Source of the DNA: Octopus vulgaris
Lineage: Eukaryota
DNA: 64,000 nucleotides
Direction of reading: 5' to 3'
Assembly: GCA_951406725.2 (NCBI GenBank)
Contig: OX597814.1
Coordinates: 81,344,001 to 81,408,000, forward strand
Translations under genes and position numbers: made by a program
Shown: one piece after another, positions 1 through 13,949 of the stretch
Layout of the letters: every line of letters starts with the position of its first letter
Position numbering within the stretch: the first letter of the stretch is position 1
The notes under the pieces: model-generated
Told to the model about the DNA's origin: nothing
Databases searched by the model: none
The model's input: only the letters and a program-made list of their open reading frames with translations

Positions 1-798
1 GTCATGCTTATATCATTGTGATATTAGGATGTTACAATATGATACTATGATGTTAGTACAAAGAATGAAAGTGTTAAGTAAATACAGCAAGTCCTTCTCT
101 TGCTCTTCTTTCTTCATATATATATATATGAAGGAATATAGGAAGAACTTGATGGATTTAACACTGAATATATAGCCATATACACGTATGTGTTTATTTA
201 TATATATATATATAATTTTATATATGCATATATATATATAATCACATGCACATACACATACAAATGCACAAATACTCACACACACACATAGTTCTATTAT
301 ATCAGTATTGCTGCTTCGTTTCATCCAAAGAGCAGTATGATATAAATTAAGTCTTGTTTATTGTTCAACTTAAATGAAACCCAATCAATATGCATTAACA
401 AACGCTCATGAGACAGTCCTTCCACTCTGACTTAGTAGTATATCAACCACTGACCAACAACACATCCTGGCAACCATCTCATTTCTTTAGAAACCATGGA
501 ATTTTCTATTTCACCTGAAAGGAAATGAATGAAGAAATAATTAAAGATATATAAGTCTCTGTTTGATAATTCCTGAAAAATATAGCAAATGGAGAAACTT
601 TTCCAATGCAGTCTTGTTGTCTTACAATATGGCAACAAGGACTCTTTAAGTCTTCCAGACTACATAAATAGTAAAGCTAGTGGCATTAAGTACTAAATCA
701 TCATATTGATTAATCTATATTAACATCAACTGACTACTTTGGCCTTATATAATAGGTTATAGATCACCTCAATTAAGACTGGCCTGTTAATAAACAAC

Positions 799-1205
799 AA
801 CTGAATGTTAATATAAGCCATAATAGAATTTTACTGATTACTGAATGTTGACATTAAAGTTTTATGACATGATTTTATTGACTACCAAATGTTAATATTA
901 AAGGCTATGGTATACTTTTACTGATTACTGAATGTTAATATTGCAGTTTTATGGTATGAATTTATTGACAGAATCGTTAGCATGCCAGGCAGAATGCTTA
1001 GCAGCATTTCACCCATCTTTAAATTCTGAGTTCAAATTCCTTCAAGGTTGACTTTGCCTTTCATCCTTTCAGGGTCAATAAAATATGTACCAGTTGAGCA
1101 CTGAGGTCAATGTACTCAACTTACACCCTTCCCCAAACTTGCTGACCTTGTACCAAAATTTTAAATCAATATTAAAGTTTATGGTATGATGTTAGTGATT
1201 ATTGA
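799..1205. repeat. Degenerate ~43-bp minisatellite (actgaatgttaatatt...ttttatggtatgattttattgact), interrupted by a SINE
   Basis: About 4 imperfect units at 799-968; one more partial unit resumes after the SINE at ~1168-1205. Confidence 0.6.
968..1168 (+). mobile_element. tRNA-derived SINE family A (Meta-SINE-like central domain), old CpG-decayed copy
   Basis: Shares gagttcaaattcc...gactttgcctttcatcctttc.gggtc.ataaaata.gtaccagtt with younger copies at 38687 and 40484. Confidence 0.85.
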
Positions 1206-2178
1206 ATACTTCAATTCACTGATAATTTTAAATGCTAACAAAAACTCACTTCTCAATGTTCATATGGATACTTCAATAATATTGAAGGCTATAACTTGAT
1301 TTTCTTTAACTCCTCAATGCTATTGTGCACTTCTGATCACTAATGGTAACTTTTGAAATATTCAGTAGTACTATTAACTGTACAATAGTAACATTAACGT
1401 TTGATGACTATAGTCACAATCCAAAAAGTAACTGTTTTTATGACTTCTGTCAGTATGGTGAGCTCAACTATTTAAATTATAAAAATTACTGAACAGTGGT
1501 AATTATGACTCTTTGACAGTATCAGTAATATGGCTTCTGTTGGTCACAGGGTTTCCTGAACATGGTAACAGTGATTATTCAATGTTGACTCTTCTCTAGT
1601 AATCCATGACAACTTGATAGTAGATAGCATTGCTTGCAGGTGTAATGTTATACTACAGTTTTAACTTAACAGCTTACAAAACAAAATTTAAAAAAAAAAC
1701 ATGATCCTCATAATAGTGGTAATAATAATAATGATAATAATAATAATAATAACCGAAAACCAGAGTCATTGAGACATAATCATTTATCCTCCTCCAAAAT
1801 AAACTGATAACTATTGTATGTAAATCAGTTTAAGAATCCTTTACCGTTGTCCAGCCATTTCTTTGGTGTCTATTGGTTGTAAGTGGCGAACCTCATTTCA
1901 GATTTCAGACCCAGACAAAAGAACCCAGTGGAAACAAACTTTGTGGATTTTCAATCTCCACCCCAAATCTATTATATATTCATGTATAATTGCATATACG
2001 TGTATGATTGTGTTTATATATGCAGTTGCATGTGTATGTGTTTGGGTTCAATTTTGATTATCTGGGTCCTATAAGAACATCTATGTATTATAAACCAAAC
2101 ATATATTGTGAATATATTCTATAAGTTTTCTCAGCCTCCTCTACCTTCAAAAATCCTGTAACATTGCAAATATTCTGC

Positions 2179-2188
2179 ATATATATAT

Positions 2189-2224
<36 letters not shown>

Positions 2225-2236
2225 GCGTGTGTGTGT

Positions 2237-2277
<41 letters not shown>

Positions 2278-2288
2278 CACACACACGC
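2179..2288. repeat. Compound (TA)n/(TG)n microsatellite
   Basis: Direct reading. Confidence 0.95.
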
Positions 2289-3099
2289 ACAAATGCTGAT
2301 GATCTTATTGGGGAAAAACGATTTTATATATATATAATGGGAAATGTATATGAAGCAAAAAGAAATTCCATTATTATTCAATGTGGAATGGATAGAAGCA
2401 AATGACTGAGTGAATATATAATATTCAACTATCAGCTCATCTGTCCTCAGTTCAAATACACTGCAGGTGTTTAGCTTTGTATTTGGACCCACTATACTTA
2501 ATATTCTACATACCTTAGTTTACCTAGATATTTGCGAACAGGTACCAAATCATCTAGGGATGTTTCTTGCAGCACTCAGTAGAGTATTTTTTTTTATTTC
2601 TTGTCCTGTGAATGCTGTGAAACCCTACACTAAGAGCTGGACGTCAGATGTAAATGATTTGGGGGTGTGGAGGGGTGGGCACTTGTATTTCTTTTTTTCT
2701 TTTTTTTTTTTTCACTGTGGGGAATTGGTGAATTTTGCTAGTAAATCATGTGCAAGATTTTCTAAGTGATGCAAACTTTTGCTAGTAAGAGATGTAAAAA
2801 TACTACTAATAAAATACAAAAGTTCACTAGTAAACGATGTAAAGTTTTATTAGAAATTTCAGATTTATGTAAAAAAGAAAAATATATATAAAAAAAAGAA
2901 GGAAAACAGAAAAAAAAATTCAAATAACCTGCCATAATCTTACCCTTTTTAAAAAATCAATAACCACAGTTTATAACAACATGTGACATCTCCTGCATTA
3001 AGTGTTGGAGTTTTATTTTGAAACTTGTTATATTCATTTACACATGGAAAGAAAAATCACATATACAGCTTTTGGTTAACTGGTTAACAACACACATGC

Positions 3100-3196
3100 A
3101 TAAATACATACATGCATACATACATACATACATACATACATACATACATACATACATACATACATACATACATACATACATACATACATACATACT

Positions 3197-3227
<31 letters not shown>

Positions 3228-3240
3228 GATAGATAGATAT
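3100..3240. repeat. (TACA)n + (CA)n + (TAGA)n microsatellite
   Basis: Direct reading. Confidence 0.95.
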
Positions 3241-3519
3241 AAACATTGGTTTTATATATTTTCTTTACAACCCATGGGAAAATTTAAGCTCAGTACTATG
3301 AACAAAATATACATTAATTGCACACTACTCCCACCTACCACATGCAGCAGTGAACTACATTTTTCTCTTAGTCAGTAACCACATAACTCAGAAAAAAAAG
3401 ATAGTAAATACATTTGGTCTCTCTCATACCACTTAGTGATAACACCACCTGACCCAGTGCTCTGATGAAACTTGACGAAAGAACCAAGAAGTAGTTTCAA
3501 TAAGCATTGTTTCAAGTCC

Positions 3520-3745
3520 TAAGCCTCATAGTGCTGGTTACCCAGTTTCCATGGTGTATAAGTGACCAAGTGCACAACATTTGCCTTGAATGGGATGCCA
3601 ATTCATCACAGGGTTACTCATTTACAGCTGAGTGAACTGGAGCAATGTGAAATGAAGTGTTTTTGCATAAGAATACAACACACCACCCAGTCCAAGAATC
3701 GAAACCAAGATCTTGTGGTCATGAGAGCAATACTCTAACCACTAA
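3520..3745 (-). mobile_element. tRNA-derived SINE with CORE/V-like domains, decayed
   Basis: Minus strand reads tagtggttagagt...ggtttcgattc (A/B-box-like), followed by ...ctgtgatgaattggcatccc... resembling the V domain seen at 36560. Confidence 0.65.
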
Positions 3746-5744
3746 ATTATTTCTTGTTGTAAAGGTAAGCAAGAAGTGCAAAACCTTTCCTACTAGATAT
3801 CAAAAGCAATATCAGTAACTTTGTAACAATATTAAAAATCCTAGTTAGATATTAATAAAATTAATGGAAATAACACAGGCAAACACCAAACTAGGTATTT
3901 TCTATGTAGCTAGTCTAGTACTTCACTGATTTGAGCTCAACTTGACTTTTACCCTTTCTGTGAATGAGAAAAATATCACACTCAGTTGAGTTGATTGTAT
4001 TGTCTCCAATACAAAAAAAAAACTTAAAATATCAATTTCCTGTATAAATTCTATTTTCTTATATAGCCATGAAGACAGATTATGTATTTATTGTAGGAAC
4101 AGTAATCAATTAAATTGATCCCAGGACATGACTGGTATTTCTTTCTATGACGCCAGAAGAATGAACAGCAGAACATATATAGACAAAGCTAAATAGTTTG
4201 TAAAGCCTTTAGTCCAAGACCCTATCATTTCTGACATTCCACTGCCTTCTTATTAATATTAACTTGAAAAGATGTAGTAAGCTATGAGGGTCACAACTCC
4301 TAACTATATTCACCTCAATTTTACATAATTTATAAATATTTTCTTTTTCTAATATTAGTATATTTGATTATTTAACAAAATAAGCAATCACCACATCAGT
4401 TTAATGATGTTAAATACAAACAATATTTTATAATAAAAATAAAGGAATTGGTTTTCTTGTTTTGTTTTTATATTTGATGACTATATTACTAACTATCTCT
4501 TCTCAAATATTGAGGCTATAAACAATATATGTTCTATTCAGTTGATAAGTGTTGAGTTTCACTGGATACAAAGTACTGAATTTAATGTGCATAATGAACT
4601 TAGTCTGGAACAACCAACTCAGGCTGCACCAGACTGATTTATGCTTAGATGCACTGCATAAAGATTGCAGTGGTGTCCACATAACCCAGTAGGTTTATAA
4701 AGATGTACAACTATCAACATGTTAGCCCTTCACTTAGATATTGTACAGTATTCATAGTTGAGTTTTAATAAGCTGCATACTCCTTATATACTAGGGATAA
4801 TGTAATCAAATATAACTAAAACTGTAGCTGCAGGCCAATGAATGAAATCTGCAAAAGGAAAACTTATATATTGTATTACAGAGACATTAAAAAAAATATC
4901 TATACTGGCCAAATGTTGAACAGAAATGCCTGCAATTTTTTCCCTTTTTTTTTGCCTTGAAAAATCACACACAAAAATCATACATGCATGTAATTTTTTT
5001 TCATGTGAGCATTAGAAAGTTCAGTTCCTCAGAGGGTTAGTATTTTCATCCCAAGCAAGAATGCTCAGCCTGAAGATTCTCACCCACAATGAAACTATAA
5101 GTCACTGTGTGGCATTGAACTTTCCGATAAATAAGTACAATAAAACTGTTATTCTGCAAATGCATCAATGTCTCTCTTTAATTCAGTCATACTTAGCACA
5201 CTATACTTATTCTAATTAATGTATAACCATGCAAACCTATACATACACACTCATACGCTGTTAACCAATGTGAAAAAGTTAATATATGTGGTTTGTTAGT
5301 AATTTTAACATAACCTTGGTTTTCTTTAAACTTCCCCCTCACCCTTTGATTTCTTACTGAAAACCCATCCTCTTACAGTTTTTGTTTTTACTGCACTAAT
5401 ATCACTCTGCATAGGTAAAGTACTTGCTCTTTATTTACATTTTTTTTTTTTTGAAGAGTGTCACTTAAAATTTTCCAAAATATTCACTCAAATTTATATG
5501 TTTTCTGTGTTTCTCTGAAGGAACGTTGATCATTTTCCATTTTCACTTTTATTTCAATTGTTTTTGCAAAATTCATAAATGATCTCTCTTTTTATGTAAA
5601 AATTTCTGCAAAATAATGTTTTATAATTTAACTTCGTCTTTATTATTTGTATATTTTGAAAAAGCGTGTTTTTGGGGTTTTTTAAATTTTTTTTTAATAG
5701 ATTTCTAGACCCTTCATATTAGTAAGCATTAACCAAGAACTGAA

Positions 5745-5990
5745 TCAGTTCAGTGGTAAATTTGCTCCTATTATTGGGTAAGTTAAAAGGCTGCAACGGG
5801 AAAAAATGCCTTACAGCATTTGTTACAGAATCTTGTGTTCTGGTTTCAAATTCCGCTAAGGTCAACTTTGCCTTTCATCCTTTCAGAGCTGATAAAATAA
5901 AGTACCTGTCAAGTACTGGGGTCGACAGTATCGACTTAACCCTCCTCCTCAAAAATGCTGTTTTTCTGTGTAAATCAGAAGCAATTATTG
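5745..5990 (+). mobile_element. SINE family A copy
   Basis: caaattccgctaaggtcaactttgcctttcatcctttcagagctgataaaataaagtacc. Confidence 0.8.
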
Positions 5991-6045
5991 AGTAAACTAG
6001 TTCTTGACTCCTTTGTATAAGTGATTATGTATATGTGTATGTATA

Positions 6046-6545
6046 CAAGTATCCCAGAATTAACTATCTATTTCAGGCAATTTTGTTTAAAAACTCACTT
6101 TTATTTATACTTATCTTGTTTGATGTGTTAAAAGTATATGAATTTTTTAATTTTGTCTATAGTCTTATAATTTTATTTTCATTCCTGTTGGATCCCACTC
6201 ATCTGTCCATGACAGCTTCTTTTTCAATTTGGCTGCAATCATTTTCTCTACCTCCATCCCTAAGGATGGAGCAATAGTTTAGCTGAACTTAAAGGATGCA
6301 TTCAATTAGTAGTGCAGAAGATAACTCCTGAAATGCTTCAAAATGTGTTTCGCAATGCTAAGGATAGATTTGAAATTTACAGGGATACAGACAAAGCACA
6401 TGTTGAAAATTTTCAATAAAGTTTTGATGTAAGATTTATAAATCTATTTGTTTTGGTATCATAACTTAAGTAATGAACATAAATTCTGTCAGTTTTTTTA
6501 AATTTTCCCAATTTCATTGAAGTAGATAATTAATTCTGGGACACC

Positions 6546-6548
<3 letters not shown>
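6046..6548 (+). mobile_element. Internally deleted Tc1/mariner element (~500 bp)
   Basis: TA-flanked imperfect TIRs (caagtatcccagaattaactatcta / tagataattaattctgggacaccctg). Retains the transposase C-terminus LAELKGCIQLVVQKITPEMLQNVFRNAKDRFEIYRDTDKAHVENFQ* at ~6278-6418. Confidence 0.75.
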
Positions 6549-6579
<31 letters not shown>

Positions 6580-7489
6580 GTATATTTGGCTTTGTTAAGG
6601 ACATAATATAATATTGAAAGAGAGAATTATACTGAAAAAAATGTTCAAACCATCATTTGTTTGTATGGAACTTCATATTATTTTAAAGACTTTTTCATAT
6701 TTTTAATCTTCATAGTTCGAAGATTTCAGACATATGACAGAATGCTCTCTACCACTTTGTGCATATTCCTGGACAATTGCTTGAAATGCTGCCTGTACCT
6801 TGAATTGGTATACTTATCAAGCATATTGTTGAAAAGGAATGTTATAAAAATAAAGAAATATGTTCGTTATTGAGATTTTTTAGTGTTTTTCCTTGTTTTT
6901 AGTTTGTTTTACATATAATATCACATGTTGCCTGTTATAAATCTTTACGGTTTCATTGTAAATGTTTTTTCACTGGCACCAGTTAATTTTATCAAACTTG
7001 GTAATTGTTTATGTAAGTTTACTTATATGTTTAATTAGTTTAAAATATTTAAATAATTCTCTTTCAAAATAATTTGTATTTTTTTTTTTCTCAAATTTCT
7101 ATCCAGTAAGTTTTTAAGAAAATTTTATTAATGGATGAAAACAAAAATAAAATATGAAATAATTCATTCTATTTTTTATCTGTTTGGATGGAATATGTGT
7201 GTTATGTATATGAATGGTATATACTTCTTAACAAACAATTCTGAACGAATCGAACAAGCTAGATTTATACTGCAGTAATATGCTGGAATTAAGAGTCAAA
7301 ATATGACTGAGAAGGTTGTGTTATTCATAGCTTCACTTGGGAATTAACATTCAACAAAAGAAACAAAATCACAGCTAAGCATACTCTCCTTTTCCATGAT
7401 AAAACACTAGCTTATGATTTTATACATATGTTCTGTGGTTGGCATTATTCATACACTCATACACAGGCTGTAAGAGAATTGCAGTAGTG

Positions 7490-7860
7490 ATAGTGACCAA
7501 ATGGTAAAGAATTAACTTCTCAATCACAGTCCTGGGTTTGATCCTACTGCATGGTGCTTTTGGCAAGTGTCTTTTACATTAACTTTGGATCATACCCAGC
7601 ATCCTGGGTGAAATTGGGGAAACAGAAATTGTGTAAAAGTCCATTGGGTGGATTGTACCTGAAATTTTAAAAAGTCTGGCCTTGTAATGCTGGGTCATGC
7701 TGATTTTGAGAATTATTTTAAGGGTGCACTTGTTTGTGGAATGTTTGGTCACTTAACTACAAATGAGTTTGTGGTTCAGGTTCATGGTTTGCACCATGGG
7801 CAACTAAATACTCATGGCACAAACCCAATAGAGATCCATTTACTGTCAGTAATAGTGGCA
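7490..7860 (+). mobile_element. Decayed CORE-type SINE family B head plus tail
   Basis: tggtaaagaattaacttctcaatcacagtcctgggtttgatcctactgc...ttggcaagtgtctt matches the family B head. Confidence 0.55.
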
Positions 7861-10800
7861 AGTGCCTGGCAACCCATAATAGCAACACTGGTGTGATTCT
7901 CAGTGGAGCCATTTCACTTCTCCCTACATATTATATCAACAATTTCTGGCTGTGGTGCCGATAGTCTGAAGAGTGGTTGAGCAGTCTTCTAGGTTGACTC
8001 GCTCTTAAATCAAATATAAATGTAAAATCTTCATCAGTAATCCAACAATTTGTTCATAGCTATGGAACATTTTCATTTATCAATCATTTTATTTTCCACA
8101 AGGTTTTAAAATAAATTGGTGGATGTGTTTTTACTTTCCTCAAACATTGTCTCCCTGTTGTTTTTAAGTATTATCACTTTCTCCCCAGTTACCTAAGTCA
8201 GACAGTAATTATAATTCTTGGAAAACTTGAACAAAATTAGTCTTTGATATATTCTAATTTGTCCCTTTCTTTCTGCTTGATAGCATCAAAACTGTAATGA
8301 GTAGCCTTTCTAAATTCATAAAACAATTATAAATCAAATCACATACAAAAATGATCATAGTGTTTTGAAATGGTCACTTGCTCTTTGAACTATATATTTA
8401 TTCTAGAAAGATTTTTCTCCACTTTAGTAGTTTAATCTTTATAGTATATTGTTTATAGAGATCAATACAGGTTATTTGCAATTTAATATTACACATTCAC
8501 AAGTTTATATACATCGATCTATACTAGTCTTTTCTCTGTTTATTACACCTTGACAAAATAGGAGAAGATATGGGTTTAAAACTAATCTAAATTTGAATTT
8601 CTTTGACTGTTGAAAACAAAATTTACTAAATTAGTAATAATAAAACATATAAATATATTAAAAACATTTCCTGCATTCCCATTGCAAACATCCAAAACCA
8701 ATTTTTTCATATTTGTTGAACAAAGGGATAAATTAAACCAGTAATAGAAGTAGTAGATTTATTTTCTGACCATAGAACTGCCAAGATAAAAAGGAATTAA
8801 CCAGGCAGAGTTGAATACAGTTTAAAATAAAAACACTTAAATGTGCCTCTTTCTGCCATCATCTGACACCTTCGTAACAAAGTTAAACTCATTTAGATAT
8901 CAATTTCTTCTAGATCAAATTATGGTTTATTGGTTGATGATAGTTTGTTTCCATCTCTAATATGAGATCATTTTTATTAATTTCTGTTAACCACAGAAAT
9001 TACAGTTTAGAAGCAGCTTATTTGGCCTTAAATACCTGCTTCTACTTCTAAATGTTTTGGGAATCAAATTACTTTTCATCTATTTCCATTCTATTTGGTT
9101 TGCTGAATTGAATCAGGAAAATAATACACCAAGATTTCCAAAAATACATTCTTGCCGTTCTATGTAAGAATAATTGATACATTTAATTTTTTTGTAACTA
9201 ATTTTTCTTCAGAACTCTAATTCGAATTATTTTTCTCTTTTGTACAAACATGCTATATGCATACCAAACATTAAAGAAAAAACAATACTCTTTCGTTTTT
9301 TCCTATCTTTGTTTTTTTTCCTTTTGTACATTTTAAAATTTAAATTAAAACTGCCACAGTGGACAGTGGGGCACAATTTAAAGAAAACTGTACCAAAAGT
9401 CATTCAAAACTTTCCCTAAATTTTTCATGGTCCTCACATTCTTTTGCACCCATCTAAAAGGATGTTTTGAGTGACACTCTTCAATATGAAATATAATAAA
9501 CAGTCTAAATAAAACTTGATGTAGTTAGTGTTTCTTTCTTTCTGTCTTTTTTTTTTTATTACTATGTACTACCTATAACACTAACTTGCTATGGTTGTTC
9601 AAAGCATTTTTATTTCCATTTTGAATTCAATTGGAATATTTTTTGTACACTATTTCAGCACAGACAGTCCCCCCAATTTGTGAATGGGTTACATTTATGG
9701 AACCTGTTAGTACTTCATAAAAAAAAATGTTCATACAGCTGAGACATACAGCTGGTGTTATATGTAAGAAATATATATATATATATATATACTCCTTTAT
9801 TGTAAAATAACAACATTGTTTAAACATAAATAATAAAGAATATTGTACATTTATGAGCTGTTCTGGTAAATATTTTCTTTGTTTTTATTATATTTTGTTT
9901 ACATCATATGCAGTTAGTTATTCATCAGGTGTGTTAAATAATTATTTCTTGATATCAAAATATTTAGTGATTTATGATGCTGTTTCTGCTGTTATTTGTT
10001 AGTCCCAAATGAGTCTTTATCAAATAGTCCTATGCTCAAATACATCCGTCCTTTCTTTTACTCAGACATCTTTTACCCAACACTATCAATGGGGTCTATT
10101 TCTATCACTGTGGATAACTAATTAAAAAATAAAATAAATTACTAAAACATGCAACCATAAATAGCATAAGTCAGTCCTACTTTTTGCACTGCATGTTCCA
10201 TTCAATTTCTCGATTTGAATTCTGGAGTTATCTCCCCTACTTCTCTTAACAAGAATTAATCATCAAAGCTAATGTGATATACTTGTATTAATCATGGGTG
10301 TAATTTGAATTAAGCATTTTTTAATTACATTTAGTATGTAATTAACTATATTCTTTATGCAAAAGGTACTCCTTGGAAATTCTTTCCCAGTCACTAACAA
10401 TACATGTGTTTGGAAGAGCTATGAATAGTTTGCTGATTTTAAAAAATACCTGTTTTAGCTCACAAGTTGATATTACATTTCTTATACACACCTTGTGAGG
10501 GGAATAAGTAGATAGAAGTCCTTTGTATGTGTGTGAGAATAATTACATTCCATTTCTTCACATAAAACCATTTGCGGAAAACTGTCATTATTTTGATAGA
10601 CATAAAAATTGTCTTCTGGCTCAGCATTTTTGAAAATGTATGAATCTGAAAAGTTCTTTACTGAAAAATGGCTAAAGGCTATCAGTAGGAAGGATATCTG
10701 GATATAAACAATGCCTCACTAAGAAACGTTTATTTAACCCAAGCTCACATGAAAAAACAAACAAAACCAACTCATGAATATTGCAATATGCATTTTCGTT

Positions 10801-10865
10801 GATTTTTCATATTTTATCCTAATATTTCCACGTGTATTTTATATTTTCTTTTCGTAACATATTTC

Positions 10866-10894
<29 letters not shown>

Positions 10895-10899
<5 letters not shown>

Positions 10900-11065
10900 T
10901 AAATTAGAGATAAAACCACTATTGGTTTATGTTTTTCACTGTTTGATTTGCCTAATAGTGGTTTTATTTCTGATTTAATTTATATTTATACTGTGAAATT
11001 AGATTTAATCCTAAATCTAATTTTTCCCTGTAAGTTTGGATTTACTCCCTAATATTATTATTATT
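10895..11065. mobile_element. Penelope-like pLTR fragment flanked by (TA)n; same family as 15012-15345
   Basis: Reverse-complement similarity to 15012-15122; short internal inverted repeat (aaaaccactatt / aatagtggtttt). Confidence 0.55.
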
Positions 11066-11067
11066 AT

Positions 11068-11125
<58 letters not shown>

Positions 11126-11225
11126 AAAAATGGTAAGACAACAAAAGAATGAAAGAGACCTCGATATTATGTAAATATAGGAATTTATTTGTAAATGTAA
11201 TATGTGACAATTATTCAATACCCAT

Positions 11226-11286
11226 GATAAAACTCCGAGTTTCAGATGCCGAGGTGGAAATCCACACTGCCATCTCTTCAGTTATC
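11226..11286 (-). ncRNA. Minimal type I hammerhead ribozyme-like motif in a (TA)n-flanked Penelope-like module
   Basis: Minus strand: gataa CTGAAGA [gatg..gtgga tt tccac..catc t] GAAA ctcggag TT ttatc; helix I is 5 bp perfect, base of stem II is imperfect. Confidence 0.55.
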
Positions 11287-11464
11287 CAGCCATCGAGTTT
11301 TATCATGGCTACCGAATAATTACAGATATATATATATATATATAGTCAATTCAAGGATGTCAGGTCCTCTTTAAGGATTAAATAATCCAAAAGTTCCACT
11401 GGTTAATCACTATCATATAAGGAGAACATCTCAACAATATGTTAGGGATCATTATAGTACCCTT

Positions 11465-11635
11465 TCTCTTTTACTTATTTCAGTCATTTGATTGTGGCCA
11501 TGCTGGAGCACCACCTTTTTTAGTCGAGCAAATTGACCCCTATACTTATTCTTTGTAAGCCCAGTACTTATTCTATTGGTCTCTTTTGCTGAACCGCTAA
11601 GTTATGGGGACAAACACAGACACACAAACATATAT

Positions 11636-11680
<45 letters not shown>

Positions 11681-11855
11681 CACACACACATATATATGAC
11701 AGGCTTCTTTCAGTTTCCATCTACCAAATCTACTCACAAGGCTTTGTCGGCCCGAGGCTATAGTAGATGACACTTGCCCAAGGTGCCATGCAGTGAGACT
11801 GAACCCAGAACCATGTGGTTGGGAAGCAAGCTACTTACCACACAGCCACTCCTAC
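11465..11855 (-). mobile_element. CORE-type tRNA SINE family B with internal (TA/CA)n
   Basis: Minus strand reads ggctgtgtggtaagtagcttgcttcccaaccacatggttctgggttcagtc...gcaccttgggcaagtgtc. Confidence 0.85.
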
Positions 11856-11883
11856 ACCTAGTAGTGCATATTATTAATATTGA

Positions 11884-12232
11884 AAGAAAATGGAGGATAA
11901 TGGATATATAAATAAGTAATTTGTATGATATAAAGATGTTGAAATTTTTTATAAAAACAATACAAATAAATTATAAATTGCAAAGCTCTAAAAGAAATGG
12001 CAGATGTCAAAAGCCTACATATATGTTTCAATTCATGCCCCTAGTTGATATGTAATTCTAAGTATTTGCTAAGAATTGGTATCATTTTCAACTGTATATG
12101 GCAGAATATTGTCAAAGATTTATGAGCTTATAGAATAAAGGTTAACATATTGAAAGGATGCAGACAAATTTCAACATCTTTATATCTTACAAATTAATTA
12201 TTTATACATCCATTATTCTCCATTTTCTTTCT
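11884..12232. mobile_element. Inverted-repeat (fold-back) module, probably Penelope-like pLTR
   Basis: 11884-11947 is an imperfect reverse complement of ~12166-12232. Confidence 0.55.
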
Positions 12233-12253
12233 TTATATACATACATACATACA

Positions 12254-12780
12254 TGGTGGTGGCTGCCCCCTCGTTATTGAGTATGGCCATAATCAATGTT
12301 GTTATCGTGCAATGCCTGTGCGAGAAGATTTTTTTTTAAAGTGAAGAAAGGCTGTGCACTGAGTCAATCCCACTCACTAAGCAACAGCAGCCATAATCCG
12401 AAAAGAAGAACAAGTCAACATCATCGGTAACCACTGAGCCGCAGGTTTTATGTCAGAGTTATCCCAGTTACCTGAGTTACCTTCTCCTAGAAGGATGCCC
12501 TAACAAAGGCTAGGAGTCCTTCACTCCCAATGGTTTAACCGCGCGATCGGGTATTCAATCCGATTATTTCTAAGTCCCTGCGTATGATACACCCTTAAGA
12601 CATTTATTGGATGGCTGTAGACTCTCAAGAGTTCCTCCGCCCTTTGATGGGTTTTGTTTTTCATCCCGCAGGGTGTCCAATAAACATCCTCCTCACCAAG
12701 CAAGCTTGGTGGGGTTGCCGGTTTAGTCGCCAACGACCCGACCATGCAACAAGGTTGTACTGGGTGACATGTTACCAGAC
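12254..12780 (-). mobile_element. Probable RTE-clade non-LTR 5' UTR / non-autonomous derivative
   Basis: CpG-richer insert in a (TACA)n tract. The segment gagttaccttctcctagaaggatgccctaacaaaggctag resembles RTE 5' UTRs from recall; not verified by search. Confidence 0.45.
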
Positions 12781-12947
12781 ATACATATTGTTATATATCT
12801 GAACTTTTATAACCTACAACAGATTTTAAAATATATTTCTTTTACTGTTTTCAGTCATTTGGCTTTGGCCCTGCTGGAGTATTGCCTTCATAGGTTTTAT
12901 TTCATCATATCAAACCCAGTATTTATTTTAATCAAGCAATTATTTTA

Positions 12948-13095
12948 TGGCTGTGTGGTAAGATGTTTTCTTCCTAACCACATGGTTCTGGGTTTAGTCC
13001 CACTGCATCCTGGAAACGTGTCTTCAAGTCAGCTGAAGCTGACTTGAGCCTTGTGAATAGATATGGTAGATGGAAACTGAAAGAAGCTTAGCATA
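12948..13095 (+). mobile_element. SINE family B head
   Basis: ggctgtgtggtaagatg...aaccacatggttctgggtttagtcccactgc. Confidence 0.75.
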
Positions 13096-13221
13096 TGTAT
13101 ATTCGAGCTGAATTTGACAGTTCGCATCAAAGGAAAAGAAAATACAAAATTCCATCCAATGGTAAAAGTATTTTGAAAAATCACAATATATCAACTAGAT
13201 TACAAACTGGGAGATAACAGT

Positions 13222-13650
13222 TTACTCAAAATAGCCACTCTCAGCTTCCACCACAGCCTCAAGGCAGCTTTAGAACTTCATAACATACATTCCTCACTGT
13301 GTCCTTGGGAAAGTCTTTGAACACTTCCTTGATCTTGGCCACTACCTCACACTTAGTGTTGCAAGTAAGGTAGTTGGTGTCTTTCTCAACTGTACCCCAC
13401 ACATAGTAATTGAAAGGATTACAATCGTAATTAGGAGACCAGAAATTGGGGCTGGTGAAGTTGTAATAATTCTCCAACAATCACTTCTGACTCTTTCTGG
13501 AGGTATTGCAAGGAATTGAATCCTGCTGCCACACTTAAGGTCTTCCAACAGCAACAACCCTCACCACATAGCCTTCTGAATTGAGCCTAAGACCCTTTTC
13601 AAAGATGTGGGGCAGCATGACATCACCCTCACAGGAGACACACCCAGGTA
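13222..13650 (-). pseudogene. Tc1/mariner (maT/DD37D-like) transposase C-terminal fragment
   Basis: Minus-strand translation gives GCVSCEGDVMLPHIFEKGLRLN..., WQQDSIPCNTS..., FWSPNYDCNPFNYYVWGTVEK..., EAVVEAESGYFE*; contains stops and frameshifts. Confidence 0.8.
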
Positions 13651-13949
13651 ATAACAATTTGGAAGAACTTTGTTTCCATTATATCTGTCACATCCTACAG
13701 CCCTTACAGTGTTCACAAAGCACTAAGCAGCAGTTATGATATTGTCACAAATCATCATACTACAGGTAACTCATTTCCAATATTCTGATGATGTCTAACC
13801 CTCTATGTCAGTTGATTTCCTCTGAACTACAATTTTTTTTAATCTTTATGCTCTCAAATGCCTTTGGCTGTTCACCAATATATCAAGCTGTTCTTGAAAA
13901 AAGATGACCTAAAATATTGCCCCATTTAACTCAAATACCCTAAAAATAT

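Noticed and set aside
3455-3510. CTGATGA...GAAA, a possible hammerhead
   Set aside because: Stem II (aacttgac) and helix III do not pair convincingly
4542-4637. Possible terminal exon after ttcag (LISVEFHWIQSTEFNVHNELSLEQPTQAAPD*)
   Set aside because: Weak polypyrimidine tract, no recognisable homology and no partner exons found
7890-9400. Possible very old DNA-transposon coding remnant, with cacagtgg near 9355
   Set aside because: No catalytic motif or paired TIR could be read
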